Assembly (NCBI GenBank): GCA_964523935.1 | Contig: CAZGAP010000007.1 | Coordinates: forward strand, 1 to 39,193 | DNA: 39,193 nt | DNA from: an uncultured Candidatus Saccharibacteria bacterium | Lineage (GTDB): Bacteria > Patescibacteriota > Saccharimonadia > Saccharimonadales > Saccharimonadaceae | Reading direction: 5' to 3' | Shown here: positions 9,768 through 17,873 of the stretch, in pieces | How the letters are laid out: every line of letters starts with the position of its first letter | Position numbering within the stretch: position 1 is the stretch's first letter | Notes under the pieces: model-generated | Databases searched by the model: none | Seen by the model: only the letters and a program-made list of their open reading frames with translations | Told to the model about the DNA's origin: nothing | Program-made: the position numbers and the translations under genes

Positions 9768-10990
9768 TGATTTTTCGAACACACACGCCCGATCAGAGGG
9801 GCGCGGTATCGTTGTTTATCGTCGTCTTTACCGCACTCCTCATCGTGACGATCAGTGTCGCATTCGTGAGAATCATGGTTCAGGACCAGCAGCAGGCGTC
9901 AGCAAACGACTTGTCGAAGAGTGCGATGGACTCGGCGCTCGCCGGAGTCGAGGATGCGAAGCGGGCGATCGTTTCATACGTTGATAACTGCCAGAATGAC
10001 GGCCCCGAAGCGGGCACGCCATACTGTGACAGGCTCGAGCTCGCACTGGGAGACGGAACGAAATGCGACACGCTCCAACAAGCGGGTATCGTTGGTGATC
10101 CCGACCCAGAAGCGGGGGGCTGGCTGATAAAACAGATTCAGAGTTCAAACGACGAAGCGCTTCAACAGGCATACACATGCGTCAAAATCCAACTGGACAC
10201 GGCTGATTTCGTCGATGTACTCGCGCCTGGTGCCTCGACGCTCATTCCCCTTGAGGCCGAAGGGCCGTTCAACACAGTATCGGTCAAGTGGTTCTCAGCC
10301 AAAGAGCTGCAGAACAGCTCTCAGGAAGGCGTTCCTGGTACTGCCATCGATCTCGGTACAGAACTGAGTTTGCCAAAGCAAAACGACTGGCCATCAAACC
10401 GGCCGGCGATTCTTCGTACCCAGTTAATTCAGTTCGGGGAGAATTTTCAGTTGTCCGATTTTGACCAACGCGGGGAAGAGAGTGAACGGAGCGCGGCGAC
10501 ACTCTTTCTGTTTCCGCTTGCGGGCATACCCGATGCCGACGGAACGAACACGAATTTTTCTTTAGATAACAGGTCGTCGGGTGCGGCCGGGGCTTTGCAG
10601 GCAGTCGCGTGCGACAAAGATTTCTCCATGAACCAAGGTGGCGCTTACGCATGCCAGGCGACGATAGTACTTCCAAATCCGGTCGGCGAAAGTGATGGCA
10701 ACAAAAGAAAAGCGTATCTTCGCATCAACGCACTGTACAACGTTTCTACGAACGTCAGTGTCGGTCTCAAGGACAACGACAAGGATGTGAAGTTCAAGGC
10801 CGTGCAGCCGCTCGTTGATTCAACGGGACGAGCGAATGACATTTTTCGCCGCGTGCAAAGCAGGATCAATCTTGAGTCGGGGAGCGAAGGCGGATCGAGT
10901 CCGACACCGTCGATCGATATCACTGGAAGTCTCTGTAAGACCTTCCGTGTCACTGATGCGGAGTACAAAGCCGGCGTTTGCGAAGAGTAA
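9767..10990 (+). CDS. Large pilus-associated protein with a PilX/TadG-like N-terminus (possible tip or adhesin subunit)
   Basis: 407 aa. N-terminus QRG/AVSLFIVVFTALLIVTISVAF lacks Glu+5 (TadE/G or PilX_N style). TAATG-coupled to the preceding pilin gene. Several Cys pairs suggest disulfides. Confidence 0.55.
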   Translation: MIFRTHTPDQRGAVSLFIVVFTALLIVTISVAFVRIMVQDQQQASANDLSKSAMDSALAGVEDAKRAIVSYVDNCQNDGPEAGTPYCDRLELALGDGTKCDTLQQAGIVGDPDPEAGGWLIKQIQSSNDEALQQAYTCVKIQLDTADFVDVLAPGASTLIPLEAEGPFNTVSVKWFSAKELQNSSQEGVPGTAIDLGTELSLPKQNDWPSNRPAILRTQLIQFGENFQLSDFDQRGEESERSAATLFLFPLAGIPDADGTNTNFSLDNRSSGAAGALQAVACDKDFSMNQGGAYACQATIVLPNPVGESDGNKRKAYLRINALYNVSTNVSVGLKDNDKDVKFKAVQPLVDSTGRANDIFRRVQSRINLESGSEGGSSPTPSIDITGSLCKTFRVTDAEYKAGVCEE

Positions 10991-10994
10991 CAGT

Positions 10995-11921
10995 CTAGCT
11001 TGCTGAGGGTTCAGTTTCGCTATGGAACTGTTCGTAAATATCACGAAGATGTTCATCGGTCACGTGCGTATACACCTGGGTGGTACTGATGTTGCTGTGA
11101 CCGAGCATTGACTGGACTGAACGAATATCGGCACCGTTCATCAAAAGATCGGTCGCGTAACTGTGGCGCATCGTATGTGGGCTGACATGCTTCGTGATGC
11201 CCGCTAGGCGCGCATAGGCGCCGAGCATACGTTGGATGCTTCGAGGTGTTAACCTCCGGTAGTCGCCAGTAGAGTCAGGGATGGCATTGCGGCTATAGCT
11301 GATGAACAACGGGGTAAGCGAATCGGAACGGCTCTCGAGGTAGTTGTTGATATGCTCGGCTGCCGCCTGACTGATGAACACTGGACGGTCTTTCTGGCCT
11401 TTTCCCCGTACCATAAACTCCCGCCGTTTCGTATTAATGTGGTCACGATCCAGGTTGGCAAGCTCGGAAACACGGAGTCCGCTTGAAAAGAGCAGTTCGA
11501 TGATCGCGCGGTCACGCAGGCCTTGCTCGGTGTTGGTGTCGATCTGTCCTAGGAGGCGGTTGATTTCCTCCCTGTAGAGAAACGTCACTTGTTTGCGGCT
11601 GACTTTCGGTAGGATGATCTTGTCGGGGCTGAGCGACGGAATATCCCTTGCCGATAGATAATGCAAAAACCCCCTGAGGGCAATCAGATGATAGCTTTGG
11701 GTAATGGTCGCTAGTTCTTCTTCGTTGTTGTTCTTGTACCGATTAAGCCAAAGCCGGTATTTGCGGATGATCTCACTGGTAATTTTAGCGACCTCTATAT
11801 CCTCGGTGAATTCGATGAAGCGTTCGATGTACAGCCGGTAGTTTTCGGCGGTTTTGCGCGACCGACCACCCTCGACTTCGAGGTGTTCGATATAATCTTG
11901 CAGCAGTTCGGACGTATACAT
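10995..11921 (-). CDS. Tyrosine site-specific recombinase, XerC/XerD-like
   Basis: SAM-like N-domain plus catalytic residues (GLRVSELANL, HTMRHSYATDLL, LGHSNISTTQVYTHV). The ORF is open to 12026, but Met at 11921 gives about 309 aa and avoids overlap with divergent uppP. Confidence 0.85.
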   Translation of the reverse strand: MYTSELLQDYIEHLEVEGGRSRKTAENYRLYIERFIEFTEDIEVAKITSEIIRKYRLWLNRYKNNNEEELATITQSYHLIALRGFLHYLSARDIPSLSPDKIILPKVSRKQVTFLYREEINRLLGQIDTNTEQGLRDRAIIELLFSSGLRVSELANLDRDHINTKRREFMVRGKGQKDRPVFISQAAAEHINNYLESRSDSLTPLFISYSRNAIPDSTGDYRRLTPRSIQRMLGAYARLAGITKHVSPHTMRHSYATDLLMNGADIRSVQSMLGHSNISTTQVYTHVTDEHLRDIYEQFHSETEPSAS

Positions 11922-11970
11922 AACCACTATCAGCATAGCGCAGGTGAGTGAAAAACGGTAGAATGGTGCA

Positions 11971-12759
11971 ATGACTTCCATAGAAAGCATCATACTGGGT
12001 CTGATCCAAGGACTGACGGAATTCATCCCGATCAGCAGCTCCGGTCATCTCGTCGTCGCGCAATCGTTCCTCAGTGGCGCATCTAACCATTTGTTCCTGG
12101 AATGGATCAATATCGGGACCATGCTCGCGCTTATCGTTTATTTCTGGCGCCGGATCCTGACTATTCTTGGCGACATATTTGTGCGCCGGAAATACCGTTT
12201 GGCGAGAAACATACTCCTGACTTCCATTCCTGCGGGCGCTGTTGGCTACACGGCTGCAGGCTTCATCGAATCGAATGCGTTTTTCGGAAGCGTGATCGTC
12301 GTCGCGGTTATGTCGGCGATCGTTGGTATCATCATGGTCGTCTTGGAAAAACTCCCGAAAGCCTCACCAGTCAAAAACGGCGAGGCTCTGACCGTGCCTC
12401 GGTCACTTGTTATCGGTGCTGCTCAAATGATCGCTCTCATACCTGGCACGTCCCGATCAGGCGCGACGATTATCGCAGGAAGGCTGAGTGGGCTGAGTGC
12501 GAAAGAAGCAGCTGAATACAGTTTTCTCGCATCGCTACCGATCATGGCAGGTGTAACGCTCAAGGTTATGCTGCATGATTCTTCGTATCTCATGGCGCAC
12601 CTCGACACGCTTATCATCGGTAATATCGCGGCATTCATTTCGGGCTTATTGGCCGTCGGATTTTTGATGCGATACCTTTCACGTCATAGTCTTGCCGTAT
12701 TCGGGTGGTATCGCATCGCGCTCTCCTTTGTGATTGTCACGGTACTTTTGCTACAATAG
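11971..12759 (+). CDS. uppP: Undecaprenyl-diphosphate phosphatase (BacA/UppP)
   Basis: 262 aa polytopic protein. N-terminal GLIQGLTEFIPISSSGH and the PGTSRSGATI motif are typical of UppP. Confidence 0.9.
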   Translation: MTSIESIILGLIQGLTEFIPISSSGHLVVAQSFLSGASNHLFLEWINIGTMLALIVYFWRRILTILGDIFVRRKYRLARNILLTSIPAGAVGYTAAGFIESNAFFGSVIVVAVMSAIVGIIMVVLEKLPKASPVKNGEALTVPRSLVIGAAQMIALIPGTSRSGATIIAGRLSGLSAKEAAEYSFLASLPIMAGVTLKVMLHDSSYLMAHLDTLIIGNIAAFISGLLAVGFLMRYLSRHSLAVFGWYRIALSFVIVTVLLLQ

Positions 12760-12852
12760 AAACATTCGAGAGAATGATTGAGCTTGCTCATGTTATTCCG
12801 AAAATGTGCGCTATTGCACGCAGTACAATAAAATGAAGAAATAGGAGAATCA

Positions 12853-13359
12853 ATGACGAATCATATCGAAAGAACCTTAATTTTGTTCAAACCTGATGCT
12901 GTGCAGCGTGGCGTCGTGGGTGAGATCCTCACTCGTTTTGAACGCGTTGGCCTGAAGATCATCGCTACCAAGATGATCGCACCCGACAAAGAGCATTACT
13001 ATAAGCACTACGAAGAGATCGGTCAGGTAATCACGCGGCGGGGAGAAGAGACGTTCAATAACGTGCTCGATATGATGAACCAAGGTCCTGTCATCGCCAT
13101 GGTACTCGAAGGGGTCGAAGCGGTTGAGCTAGTTCGCAAACTTGTTGGTTCTACCGAACCGAAATCATCGGCACCCGGGACTATCCGCGGTGATTTCTCG
13201 CATATGAGTTATGGTTACGGCGATTCGACGAACCAGGGTATCCCGAATCTTATTCACGCGTCAGGCGATCTGAGCGACGCGAAGAAGGAAATCCCACATT
13301 GGTTCAGTGATGACGAGCTGTATGACTACAGCGTCTTGAACGAAAAGTTTACGCGCTAA
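12853..13359 (+). CDS. ndk: Nucleoside diphosphate kinase
   Basis: ERTLILFKPDAVQRGVVGEIL..., GTIRGDF, NLIHASGD (active-site His). RBS AGGAG upstream. Confidence 0.93.
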   Translation: MTNHIERTLILFKPDAVQRGVVGEILTRFERVGLKIIATKMIAPDKEHYYKHYEEIGQVITRRGEETFNNVLDMMNQGPVIAMVLEGVEAVELVRKLVGSTEPKSSAPGTIRGDFSHMSYGYGDSTNQGIPNLIHASGDLSDAKKEIPHWFSDDELYDYSVLNEKFTR

Positions 13360-13360
13360 G

Positions 13361-13392
13361 AAAAATAACCCCTGGTCAGGGGTTATTTTTTT
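13361..13392. terminator. Bidirectional terminator shared by convergent ndk and the HIT gene
   Basis: AAAAATAACCCCTGGTCAGGGGTTATTTTT palindrome with A/T runs on both sides. The HIT gene stop codon lies in the loop. Confidence 0.65.
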
Positions 13393-13846
13393 GGAAATAG
13401 GTCTTCAGTGTTTGAGCGTACGGTACTCTCTCTTCGGGGCTAACGAATCGTTTATCTTGGTGATTTTCATAGAGCTTGTCGCCGACGTGTCGCGGGAAAA
13501 CATGAACATGCAAGTGCCATACGTCCTGATTCCCGTCCGGTTCATTATGTTGACGTGTTGATATGCCGGTGCACTGATAGGTGCTACGCATCGCGACCGC
13601 GACCCTTTGCACGGTCTGGCCGACTTTGGCGTATGATGTTTCCGGTATGGAATAAATATTCTCGTAATGGACACGGGGAATGACAATGACATGCCCGGGG
13701 TTATTAACCCACCATTTCGGGGCAATGAAGGCGACGGTCTCTTTGTCCTCATAGACGATGTCACTGTTTCGCTTGTAGTCGGTCTCGTTACCGTTCAGCC
13801 AATCGCAGAATGGGCACGTGTAGTCTGAAGGCTCATGGGAGAACAT
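13376..13846 (-). CDS. HIT family nucleotide hydrolase/transferase
   Basis: Histidine triad HLHVHVFPR and an N-terminal CPFC zinc-binding motif. TGaTACAAT lies 6 nt upstream of the ATG. Confidence 0.85.
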   Translation of the reverse strand: MFSHEPSDYTCPFCDWLNGNETDYKRNSDIVYEDKETVAFIAPKWWVNNPGHVIVIPRVHYENIYSIPETSYAKVGQTVQRVAVAMRSTYQCTGISTRQHNEPDGNQDVWHLHVHVFPRHVGDKLYENHQDKRFVSPEERVPYAQTLKTYFQKNNP

Positions 13847-13868
13847 GCGGGTATTGTATCATATGGGG

Positions 13869-13877
13869 TGATATAAT
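13869..13877 (+). promoter_or_regulatory. Extended -10 promoter (TGaTATAAT) for tRNA-Arg
   Basis: TGATATAAT ends 8 nt before the tRNA 5' end. It lies back-to-back with the HIT gene promoter (13853-13861, minus strand). Confidence 0.5.
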
Positions 13878-13885
13878 ACGGATGC

Positions 13886-13962
13886 GCCTCGGTAGCTCAA
13901 CTGGATAGAGCAGATCCGTCCTAAGGATAAGGTTGCAGGTTCGACTCCTGCCCGGGGTACCA
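13886..13962 (+). tRNA. tRNA-Arg (anticodon CCT)
   Basis: Manual cloverleaf: acceptor GCCTCGG/CCGGGGT (two G-U pairs), D arm GCTC..GAGC, anticodon loop GTCCTAA, T arm GCAGG-TTCGACT-CCTGC, encoded CCA. Confidence 0.9.
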
Positions 13963-13998
13963 ATTTAAAAACCGGCCTCAAAGGCCGGTTTTTAAATT
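13963..13998 (+). terminator. Terminator after tRNA-Arg (perfect 16-nt arms)
   Basis: AATTTAAAAACCGGCC-TCAAA-GGCCGGTTTTTAAATT. Confidence 0.7.
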
Positions 13999-14194
13999 GG
14001 TAGCTTGTGTAGCAAGCTCGAACCGTCAAGGTTCGATAGCGATGAACGCGCACAGAAACTACCTCTTAGTTTGGAGCACGTGAGGAAGATATATACAATA
14101 CTCCTGCCCGGGGGACCACTGAAGCCAGCGGGCAGCCATCCGGCCGTTTTCAGTGGTAAATGTCTGCCATTCGGTTCGATGGTACAATAGCAGT

Positions 14195-14722
14195 ATGAGC
14201 GAAGAAAACAACACCAAGCAGCGCGATTTCGAGGGGCAGCGTGACGGGGAAGAATTGCTGTTTGTCTTTCGGCGGCATATTATCGCGATGCGCAAAGGCT
14301 TTTATCTCTTTTTGATACCATTCGCACTCTCAGCTTTGCCGGTCTTTGTCTGGTCAACCGTCCTTGAGGTGTACTGGATCCCGCTTGGGGGGTTCATACT
14401 TGGATTCATATTGTTCATGTATCACTATCTTATGTGGTACTACACGATATATATCGTGACGAATCAACGCTTACGTCAGATAACTCAAAAAGGTTTTTTC
14501 GGTAAGGACGTGGTGGAGCTGGGTCTGTCCAAGATTCAAAACATAAGCTATAATGTACCGGGACTCAGTGGTGAATTATTTGGATTCGGTACCATCGTCA
14601 TCCAAACCTACGTTGGCGATCTTGTCGTCAACAAAGTAGAACACCCTGAAAAAATCTATAACAAATTACAAGATGCTGTCGCATCGGCATCTCAGGAGAG
14701 TAATGAAGAGACTCCGTCGTAA
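14195..14722 (+). CDS. Membrane protein with a bacterial PH (bPH2/YdbS-like) domain
   Basis: Two TM helices followed by YTIYIVTNQRLRQITQKGFFGKD..FGFGTIVIQT..HPEKIYNKL, the usual bPH2 pattern. ATG 14195 follows TGgTACAAT by 6 nt. The ORF track opens at 14153. Confidence 0.6.
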   Translation: MSEENNTKQRDFEGQRDGEELLFVFRRHIIAMRKGFYLFLIPFALSALPVFVWSTVLEVYWIPLGGFILGFILFMYHYLMWYYTIYIVTNQRLRQITQKGFFGKDVVELGLSKIQNISYNVPGLSGELFGFGTIVIQTYVGDLVVNKVEHPEKIYNKLQDAVASASQESNEETPS

Positions 14723-15758
14723 AAAACGTTCCGAGGCCCCGCAGCCATCCAGTCGGATCACGAACGAAACCGTCGCGGAGCACCGCGAACGTATATTAGC
14801 GGGCGGCCGTCGTTTCAAGTACCCAGTGCAGTACGCGAGGCACAGGCTTGTCATCAATACGATTATTATCAGTGTCGTCGCACTGATCCTGATCGTTGCC
14901 GTCGTGTGGTGGCAGCTATACCCCGCCCAGAACACTTCGACGTTTTTCTATCGTATTACACGCGTGCTGCCAGTGCCGGTGGCGGTGATTGACGGGCAGC
15001 ATGTGCCATACAGTAACTACCTGTCCGCTTTTCGTTCACAGGAGCACTACCTGCAAACAAAAGAAGGTGTCGATCTCTACAGCAAAGAAAACAAGCAGCA
15101 GCTCGATTATATAAAACGAAAGGCCCTTGATGATGCTATTGCTGACAGCTATGCCGTGAAACTTGCCAAGGAGAAGAATCTCAGCGTCTCTGAAAAACAG
15201 ATCGACGATGCGATCGCTAACCAGCGGGCGTCACGCGACGGCGTTACATCACAGGAAACGTACGATGCTATTGTGATGGATCACTTTAACTGGACTCCTT
15301 CTGAGGCAAAAGAAGTGACCGCGCGGAAACTTCTTCGACAGGAAGTCGCATATGCGATTGACGAGAACGCTAAGAAGCAACGGGATGAGGTCGTTGAAAA
15401 GTTGAAAACCGAGAAGGACTTCGACAAGGTGGCTGCGGCCATCGCGCCAATCGGCGGAGCAAGGGTCCAGGCAGGCGTCACTCCTCTTGTGCCTAGCAAT
15501 AATCAGGACGGCGGTCTTGCTGCCGCTGCGGCAAAGCTCTCATCAGGCACCGTTTCTGGCGCGTTTCGTTCGACGACCGGCGATGGCTATTACGTTGTCA
15601 AAGCCCTCGATAAGGACAATAATGGAAGAGTGAGTTATGCGTATCTCAAAGTCCCTTTGACTACTTTTGATACTCAGCTCGCAGGCATTAAAAAAGATAG
15701 CAAACGCTCCAGCGAATATATTTCGATACCACAAATCAAAACGTCGCTCGAGCAATAG
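14703..15758 (+). CDS. Membrane-anchored SurA/PpiD-like chaperone (degenerate PPIase family)
   Basis: Basic N-terminus, one TM helix, then VAVIDGQHVPYSNYL..., like the SurA N-terminal domain. Assignment is by overall resemblance only. Met at 14703 is preferred over the ORF-track start at 14673. Confidence 0.5.
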   Translation: MKRLRRKKRSEAPQPSSRITNETVAEHRERILAGGRRFKYPVQYARHRLVINTIIISVVALILIVAVVWWQLYPAQNTSTFFYRITRVLPVPVAVIDGQHVPYSNYLSAFRSQEHYLQTKEGVDLYSKENKQQLDYIKRKALDDAIADSYAVKLAKEKNLSVSEKQIDDAIANQRASRDGVTSQETYDAIVMDHFNWTPSEAKEVTARKLLRQEVAYAIDENAKKQRDEVVEKLKTEKDFDKVAAAIAPIGGARVQAGVTPLVPSNNQDGGLAAAAAKLSSGTVSGAFRSTTGDGYYVVKALDKDNNGRVSYAYLKVPLTTFDTQLAGIKKDSKRSSEYISIPQIKTSLEQ

Positions 15759-15771
15759 AAAGAGGTAGAAT

Positions 15772-16371
15772 ATGTTCACATTGCCTGACCTTGGATACGA
15801 TTATGCTGCGCTGGGCAAGTACATCAGCAAAGATATTATGGAGCTGCATCACAGCAAGCATCATCAGACATACGTCGATAAGCTGAACGCCGCTCTCGAC
15901 GAGGCGCCCGCTTTGAAAGAGCGCAATCTTGACTCGTTACTACAAGGATTAGAGGGTTTGCCGGATAACGTTCGGCAAGCGGTCCGCAATCATGGAGGGG
16001 GTCATTATAATCATTCGTTGTTCTGGCAATGGATGTCTCCTGATGGAGGTGGTGAACCATCCGGTCAGATAGCGGCTGGGTTAGAAGCCCGCTACGGCAG
16101 CTATCAAAAATTCGTTGATGAGTTCACGGCGAAATCACTCGGTGTCTTCGGAAGCGGCTGGGTCTGGCTGCAGCCCGACTTCAGTATCGTGACAACCCCA
16201 AATCAAGATACTCCGATCGGTCAAGGCTTGCAGCCACCGCTTCTTGGTCTCGATGTATGGGAGCATGCGTACTATCTTGATTACAAAAACAAGCGTGATG
16301 ATTATGTGCAGGCATGGTGGAACGTCGTCAATTGGGACTTCGTGGAATCCCGAATGCCTGAGTCCTCGTAG
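15772..16371 (+). CDS. sodA: Fe/Mn superoxide dismutase
   Basis: LPDLGYDYAAL..HHSKHHQTYV, and C-terminal DVWEHAYYLDYKNKRDDY. Confidence 0.93.
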   Translation: MFTLPDLGYDYAALGKYISKDIMELHHSKHHQTYVDKLNAALDEAPALKERNLDSLLQGLEGLPDNVRQAVRNHGGGHYNHSLFWQWMSPDGGGEPSGQIAAGLEARYGSYQKFVDEFTAKSLGVFGSGWVWLQPDFSIVTTPNQDTPIGQGLQPPLLGLDVWEHAYYLDYKNKRDDYVQAWWNVVNWDFVESRMPESS

Positions 16372-16386
16372 CAAGGCTGAGCGTTT

Positions 16387-17871
16387 CTAAGGGCGGCCGC
16401 TGGGCTGGTTGGTTTTGTCGAACATGTCGACGGGTTCTTCCTCATCGAGGTATACCGAATTATTGTGACGAGGGGTGCCGGATGGACCAGCCGAATCATC
16501 CACGGGTGGTGTAGCGGGAGAAGTGGCGTCACTGCGCCAATCGTATCCGTCATCTATAATGACGGTCGAAGAGGAAGTAGAGAGGGCAGGGTTGTCTGAT
16601 TCGAATTTCTTGCGGCGATAGGCCATGAATCCGACGAAGCCGAAACCTAAGACGAGTGTACCTCCGACCAGAACACCAACGAACGCGAGTATCGATGCTT
16701 GCGATCCCGGGCCTGCAGCAAGAGGCGAACTGGTCAAATTGTATGAAAATGGCTGTGATTCTGGGGCGGAACCATTCGAAGGAATTGTCTTTTTTGCCAC
16801 AGTAAATGTGATATCGAGTGAAGCAGTCTGGGTGGTTATCGTGCCTGAATACTCCCCGGAGGCGAGACCGACGGCTAGCTTGCCGTTCGTCGAAGCTGAA
16901 TAATTTTTGTTTCCAATTTTCACTTTTGCGTTCTGGGCGGGCTGATCGTTTTCAGTGATCGTCATAATTACCGGGAAACCGCTCGCGATAACCGTTCCGC
17001 TGTATGTGCCACTTTTGCCGCCGTCACCCGTGCCGACGATCGCGAAGTAATACCGTTCGCCCGGTTCCAAATCCTTAATGGTGGCGCTGAAGCCGCCGTT
17101 TGCCGTCTTCTCTATGACAGCGTATTTATCGAGCGCCGACACTCTTTCGCCGTACGCGAATGTACTCGAAGGGCTGGTGGCATTTACCGACCACGTGACG
17201 GTCGCGGAGTTGTACTGCGGCTGCGTGGATACGCTATTGACGATACCGGTCGGGTCGGGTGTCGGCTGCGGTTCTGGTGATTCACTTGGTGTTGGCGTGG
17301 GAGTGGGGGTTGTCGAAATGATAGGCGCCGGAGCAACAGAAGGTTTGGGAGCGGATGAGGGTTTCGGTGCGGTGCTTGGTGCGGGGCTGCTGATAGACAC
17401 GACGCCGCTTTTATAGCCTGTCGTTCCGGCGTTGACCCTGCTGTCGCCACTGAAACCAATTACCGCAGTGCCAGCTCCGATGGTCACGAAACTGATATTC
17501 AAGATTTGCGCGAAGCCGGTATCGCTGGAGCTTCGGCTAGCATTGAAGTTCACACTTCCGCTACTTTCCGTGATACTGGGGTTACCAAAAGAGCTGCCAG
17601 CGGTTGATTTGCCCGTTACCCTGAGCAGATTGGATGGGTAGGTGACACTGCCGATCGCACTCTGTGGGGATGCGCTCGAATCTATATATGCTTTAACCTG
17701 GACAGTGAAAGACGAATTGATTGTAGCGGATGAGGGCGTCTGGGTAATAACGAGCTGGTTATTCGCACCCTGGGCTATGACTGCATGGCTCGGTACAAGT
17801 GACACGACCGCGTAAAAAGCTAGGAGAAAAGGCATCTTTCGCTGGAAGTATCGTCCTAGTCGCGTTGTCAT
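16387..17871 (-). CDS. Cell-surface protein: signal peptide, N-terminal beta-rich (cohesin-like) domain, Pro/Thr/Ser linker, Ig/FN3-like domains, C-terminal TM anchor and cytoplasmic tail
   Basis: 494 aa. Signal peptide MPFLLAFYAVVSLVPSHAVIAQG, linker PAPSTAPKPSSAPKPSVAPAP..TPTPTPTPSESPEPQPTPDP, TM ILAFVGVLVGGTLVLGFGFVGFMAY-RRKK. Paralog of the upstream gene. Confidence 0.7.
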   Translation of the reverse strand: MTTRLGRYFQRKMPFLLAFYAVVSLVPSHAVIAQGANNQLVITQTPSSATINSSFTVQVKAYIDSSASPQSAIGSVTYPSNLLRVTGKSTAGSSFGNPSITESSGSVNFNASRSSSDTGFAQILNISFVTIGAGTAVIGFSGDSRVNAGTTGYKSGVVSISSPAPSTAPKPSSAPKPSVAPAPIISTTPTPTPTPSESPEPQPTPDPTGIVNSVSTQPQYNSATVTWSVNATSPSSTFAYGERVSALDKYAVIEKTANGGFSATIKDLEPGERYYFAIVGTGDGGKSGTYSGTVIASGFPVIMTITENDQPAQNAKVKIGNKNYSASTNGKLAVGLASGEYSGTITTQTASLDITFTVAKKTIPSNGSAPESQPFSYNLTSSPLAAGPGSQASILAFVGVLVGGTLVLGFGFVGFMAYRRKKFESDNPALSTSSSTVIIDDGYDWRSDATSPATPPVDDSAGPSGTPRHNNSVYLDEEEPVDMFDKTNQPSGRP

Positions 17872-17873
17872 AT

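Noticed and set aside
10995-12026. The Xer-like recombinase might be a pilin phase-variation invertase (FimB/E-like) or a mobile-element integrase, since it abuts the pilus locus
   Set aside because: I found no inverted repeats flanking the pilA promoter or the minor-pilin promoter, and no att-like repeats nearby. The protein has the standard XerC/D layout. It is treated as the chromosomal dimer-resolution recombinase.
12102-12515. 137-aa alternative-frame ORF inside uppP
   Set aside because: It is out of frame within a clearly conserved UppP gene. The product is Arg/His/Cys-rich.
14005-14295. ORFs 14005-14190 (+) and 14059-14295 (-), and a possible SRP (4.5S) RNA in the 14100-14160 hairpin region (contains GAAGCCAGC..GCAGCC)
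   Set aside because: The ORFs overlap promoter and hairpin sequence and lack start signals. The conserved SRP domain IV motif (GGAAGGAAGCAGC with its symmetric loop partner) is not present, so I do not call an SRP RNA.
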